NCBI GenBank assembly: GCA_004377185.1
Contig: SOIM01000059.1
Span: forward strand, 10,999-74,998
Reading direction: 5' to 3'
From: Methanomassiliicoccales archaeon
GTDB taxonomy: Archaea > Thermoplasmatota > Thermoplasmata > RBG-16-68-12 > SOIM01
Length of the DNA: 64,000 bases
Positions within the stretch are counted from its first letter, which is position 1; every line of letters begins with the position of its first letter. The position numbers were made by a program, and so were the translations under genes. Shown here piece after piece: positions 62,501-64,000 of the stretch. The notes beneath the pieces are model-generated. The model made no database searches. It worked only from the letters and a program-made list of their open reading frames with translations, and had not been told where the DNA came from.

Positions 62501-63126
62501 AGACCATCCTCGCGTTTGGATTCATCGTGGTTGTTGATGACATCTTCGAGACCTGCTTGGATAGCCGTAAGTCTCTCCCAGGGCGCTTTGGCTCTCCTGA
62601 CAGAACGAAGCATCTCCTCATCAGGTGGTGGAGGAGGTGGTGGAGGCAGGGCCTCTTCTTCGATCTCTATCTTCTTGCCAGCAATCAGCAAATCCTCAAA
62701 TGAATCGACATCTCTCCTCTCTCCAACCAGTGTGAATCCGCAATTGATACATCTCGAGGCATTGGAATCGAGGTCAGTGGCACACAATGGACATGCTGTT
62801 CGAGAATCCCCAAGTCGAGGCTTCATCCCCATTACTCGCTGCCAGCAGAGTCGGGCTTTATCTCTATCCCCGAGTGCTGCATAGATCTTCGCCTTCAACC
62901 CCCAGACGCCTTCAAAATCGGGATCCAGTTTGGTGACTTCATTCAGTGCGAGAATTGCTTCGTCATATCTTTGGAGTCTGCAAAGTAGAATTGATTTCGC
63001 GAACCAGGCGCTCGCGTTTCTCGGATTTGCTTTGACCAGTTCATCCTGCTTCTCCAGGATGGTTTCGATCCTTCTGGCTTCTTCTTCCGAGTCATTCGAA
63101 CCGTACTTGATGTCTCTTTCCCCTAT
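59500..63126 (-). CDS. large bitopic surface protein: cytoplasmic TPRs, zinc ribbon, poly-Pro and GLTNG repeats; TM; two FIDSDQD modules; six-Asp-box BNR propeller; PEF-CTERM sorting signal. The 5' end is provisional
   Basis: ORF track: 59500..62898 (TTG). The frame is open to 63186 and encodes two complete TPRs upstream of, or across, that TTG. Further elements are CPLCA...CINCG, PPPPPPPPP, (G)LTNG repeats, the TM helix WRIWVIPVVALFILLVPLV, and Asp-boxes SLDGGATW, SDDEGSTW, STDGGVNW, STDSGSTW, SQDSGSSW and SSDGGGSW. The C-terminus is IPEFGTIVVPLIIVLFLPLVSRMRRKKARNEC. The 63126 boundary is an ATA 5 nt after GGAGG. Confidence 0.8.
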   Translation of the reverse strand: MGERDIKYGSNDSEEEARRIETILEKQDELVKANPRNASAWFAKSILLCRLQRYDEAILALNEVTKLDPDFEGVWGLKAKIYAALGDRDKARLCWQRVMGMKPRLGDSRTACPLCATDLDSNASRCINCGFTLVGERRDVDSFEDLLIAGKKIEIEEEALPPPPPPPPDEEMLRSVRRAKAPWERLTAIQAGLEDVINNHDESKREDGLTSWIEREFYRREVRTVGFTNGRVRGERPLEKARERAITVGLTNGLTNGLTNGLTNGLANRIQKTRVGVTNGLTNGNGLTNGLGVYRFRRESRAKAWRIWVIPVVALFILLVPLVNPPADEAGIGVQVDGLLDDWVAEDLVQSHRTEGLDPNIDVVATDVRRRGNNLYFCLKVAGSNLLMGNPSTREVDLVGVFIDSDQDFSTGYPVQGIGADYMVEIAGLNGKVVSSKMKSYPSNGHESGWNEWNHASSVRSSVTSRSIESVVPTRAIDSKKSDVDVLFFARSWNGQMDTSDFVQSSQYGLLSVTQKSALGDNFVLDESSQAVLELSLASIRGNVKVEYFEVEPIGTARPSEISRIRVEDSSGREISNKLSNGVSTRLDFNQVVIHKGKTEMFTVYADVAGDSGRTFGLRIAHSRAVGSSNAGITVKTLPSANGLAYIGHTNPEMEIDGAFLDWKGMLESDEIRESSTKGNINIDIDKYSAVKNERYALFYLSTLGQVMAGCSAPQSSIRIVDGTSTSFPDTDRDGVPDPNDRMGSVDYSRDFDNDGTPDEFESGDVDGDGLIDYPLGPDMWLNATIPLGFQEPYSGTKVSVFIGRVEGPAVRGDDVLWVFIDSDQDPSTGYSRKGLGADYLVEIRGREGSVRDARLMSHQGSIWSYKWEQLGSVRHAEVYSQIELMVEKDRLDLDDGQTFDVLFEISDWNKRSTDSTDAPFGELTEDPFALEAVGDVFQSLDGGATWTQKGDAGNGAGYRAIVANHSGYLYVLRKNGEVYGSDDEGSTWTELSDIGNHQDLIDITIDGNDYLYAVREGGEVYQSTDGGVNWNSKGDADPSASSGFIGIAYNSSDNLFLLVTNGTIYRSTDSGSTWNYRGDAGLDTDYQDITADDRDYIYVITASGYVNESQDSGSSWSYKGDVGSETYTAIEWGYDSYLYVVATTGEVYRSSDGGGSWTYRGDVGSVSDFTDFTALIPEFGTIVVPLIIVLFLPLVSRMRRKKARNEC
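62251..62457 (-). repeat. in-frame tandem 15-nt repeats encoding (G-L/V/F-T-N-G)n
   Basis: Protein segment TVGFTNG...TVGLTNGLTNGLTNGLTNGLANR...VGVTNGLTNGNGLTNGLG. On the + strand these appear as repeated CCGTT(A/C/G)GT(N)A(G/A)(G/A/T)CC units, for example at 62326-62385. Confidence 0.8.
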
Positions 63127-63449
63127 CTTCTCCTCCCCCTTCGTATCGAGACGTATCGGTCGAGAGACAGCAAATAGGCAGGCAACTCAAGTGGGGATCT
63201 CCTAGGATGCCTCTATCAGGCTTTGGCCATGCGACTGGCCACCTAGAATCCTAGCCCCCTCTGCAATCACTTAACTCGATATTCGAGCTGAGCTGTTGTC
63301 TTCCTATGCCTTCCTTTCGTCACTCTTCTTCTCTATTGCTAGCCCATTATCGGTCTCTCCCCCGGCTCTGAGCTTAAGTTTTGAATGGGTTTGTGGCTAT
63401 TTAAAAGTAATCGTGCTGGCTAATATATGGCTGTGACGTCCAGGGTTAT

Positions 63450-64000
63450 TCAGTAGGATATCTTCTTCCTTCTCCTAGTCTTCGATTTCCATCTGAGCAA
63501 TATCGGAGCCACAATGGCCAGACTCAGAGGAACGACCAGGGAATCGAATTCGGGAATGCAGAAGAAACTGACGAGGTATGGCATGTCGGTTCCCATTCCG
63601 CATTCCCAGCAAATGTTCCACTTGTTAGGTGTTGAGTATATTGAAGTCAAGTGCTTCTTCGCGGTTGTGTTGGCATCGATATTCGTAATGTTCGACCAGG
63701 AACTTCCTTCCCACTTGCTTCCCCAGACCTGGTTACTACTGTTGACCCAGAAAGCGTAGAGATAGTCATTTGTGGATTCTAGAGAGATTGTTGGATATGC
63801 ACCACCATCCAAGGAATCGAGCACTGTTGGTGATCCCCATGATGTGGTGTATTTCGTGTAGTTGACGGCTCCTGAACTGTTGCTATAGACGAGGTGAATG
63901 TTGCTCGACGAGTCCACGACTGCGGAGGGAGTCTTGTTGGTTACCGAGCCGGTGGTTGTCTCTATGGAGTCCACACTCCCCGACCACCCCGTTCCAGAGG
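63450..64000 (-). CDS. secreted repeat protein with PEF-CTERM sorting signal, C-terminal part (N-terminus outside the window)
   Basis: The frame is open from 63450 to the window edge (upstream of the ORF-track GTG it reads ...LWNGWSGS). It contains Ser/Thr/Trp-rich beta-repeat-like sequence. The C-terminus is CIPEFDSLVVPLSLAIVAPILLRWKSKTRRRKKISY. Confidence 0.7.
   Translation of the reverse strand, partial: SGTGWSGSVDSIETTTGSVTNKTPSAVVDSSSNIHLVYSNSSGAVNYTKYTTSWGSPTVLDSLDGGAYPTISLESTNDYLYAFWVNSSNQVWGSKWEGSSWSNITNIDANTTAKKHLTSIYSTPNKWNICWECGMGTDMPYLVSFFCIPEFDSLVVPLSLAIVAPILLRWKSKTRRRKKISY

Noticed and set aside
62516-62884. 122-aa plus-strand ORF with a poly-Gly run (SSGGGGGGGGRASS)
   Set aside because: The poly-Gly is the reverse complement of the poly-Pro tract of the minus-strand gene. 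It is a shadow ORF.
1-64000. Search for transposases, integrases, toxin-antitoxin pairs, restriction-modification systems, CRISPR-Cas and rRNA genes
   Set aside because: No translation in the ORF track showed DDE/tyrosine-recombinase, Cas, methyltransferase/endonuclease or toxin-antitoxin signatures. No rRNA-like or direct-repeat/spacer structures were seen.

Overview
Archaeal chromosomal window. Markers include aIF2-gamma, S6e, Pelota, aRF1, Pth2, archaeosine TGT, PAN, aMBF1 and a Pcc1-like protein, with TTTATA-type promoter boxes, GGAGGTGA-type SD motifs and an oligo-T terminator. The lineage cannot be fixed from this window alone (Thermoplasmatota-like or Asgard-like are both possible). 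I did not compute GC content.

The genome is very compact. There are many ATGA/GTGA start-stop overlaps, and four convergent gene pairs share a single CTAG as both stop codons. I support about 50 CDS, one tRNA-Ala(CGC), one short gene remnant, a few promoter/terminator signals and one in-gene tandem repeat. I found no CRISPR array, rRNA, transposase or integrase.

Roughly two fifths of the window is taken by six very large secreted or membrane-anchored proteins:
- a 2660-aa S8 subtilase with a WD40 propeller between its catalytic Asp and His;
- a protein with a 7-blade propeller plus a PKD array;
- a 1177-aa protein with PKD and CARDB-like domains;
- a 2054-aa Ig/cadherin-like adhesin with a cytoplasmic alpha/beta domain;
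- a roughly 1200-aa protein with TPR, zinc ribbon, GLTNG repeats, a BNR propeller and a PEF-CTERM signal;
- a partial PEF-CTERM protein at the window edge.

The stand-out is a tightly packed four-gene operon at 31.7-34.2 kb. By motif-level comparison from memory, it encodes homologues of the eukaryotic UFM1 conjugation pathway:
- a UFM1-like Ubl that ends directly in Gly;
- a UFC1-like E2;
- a UBA5-like E1;
- a JAMM/MPN+ protease in the place of the eukaryotic UFSP cysteine proteases.

A second recurring oddity concerns start codons. Two clearly coding N-terminal regions, the PAN coiled coil and two TPRs of the large BNR protein, lie upstream of any ATG/GTG/TTG in frame. This suggests non-canonical initiation or local sequence errors.

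All homology statements come from visual or remembered motif matching. No database search was run.
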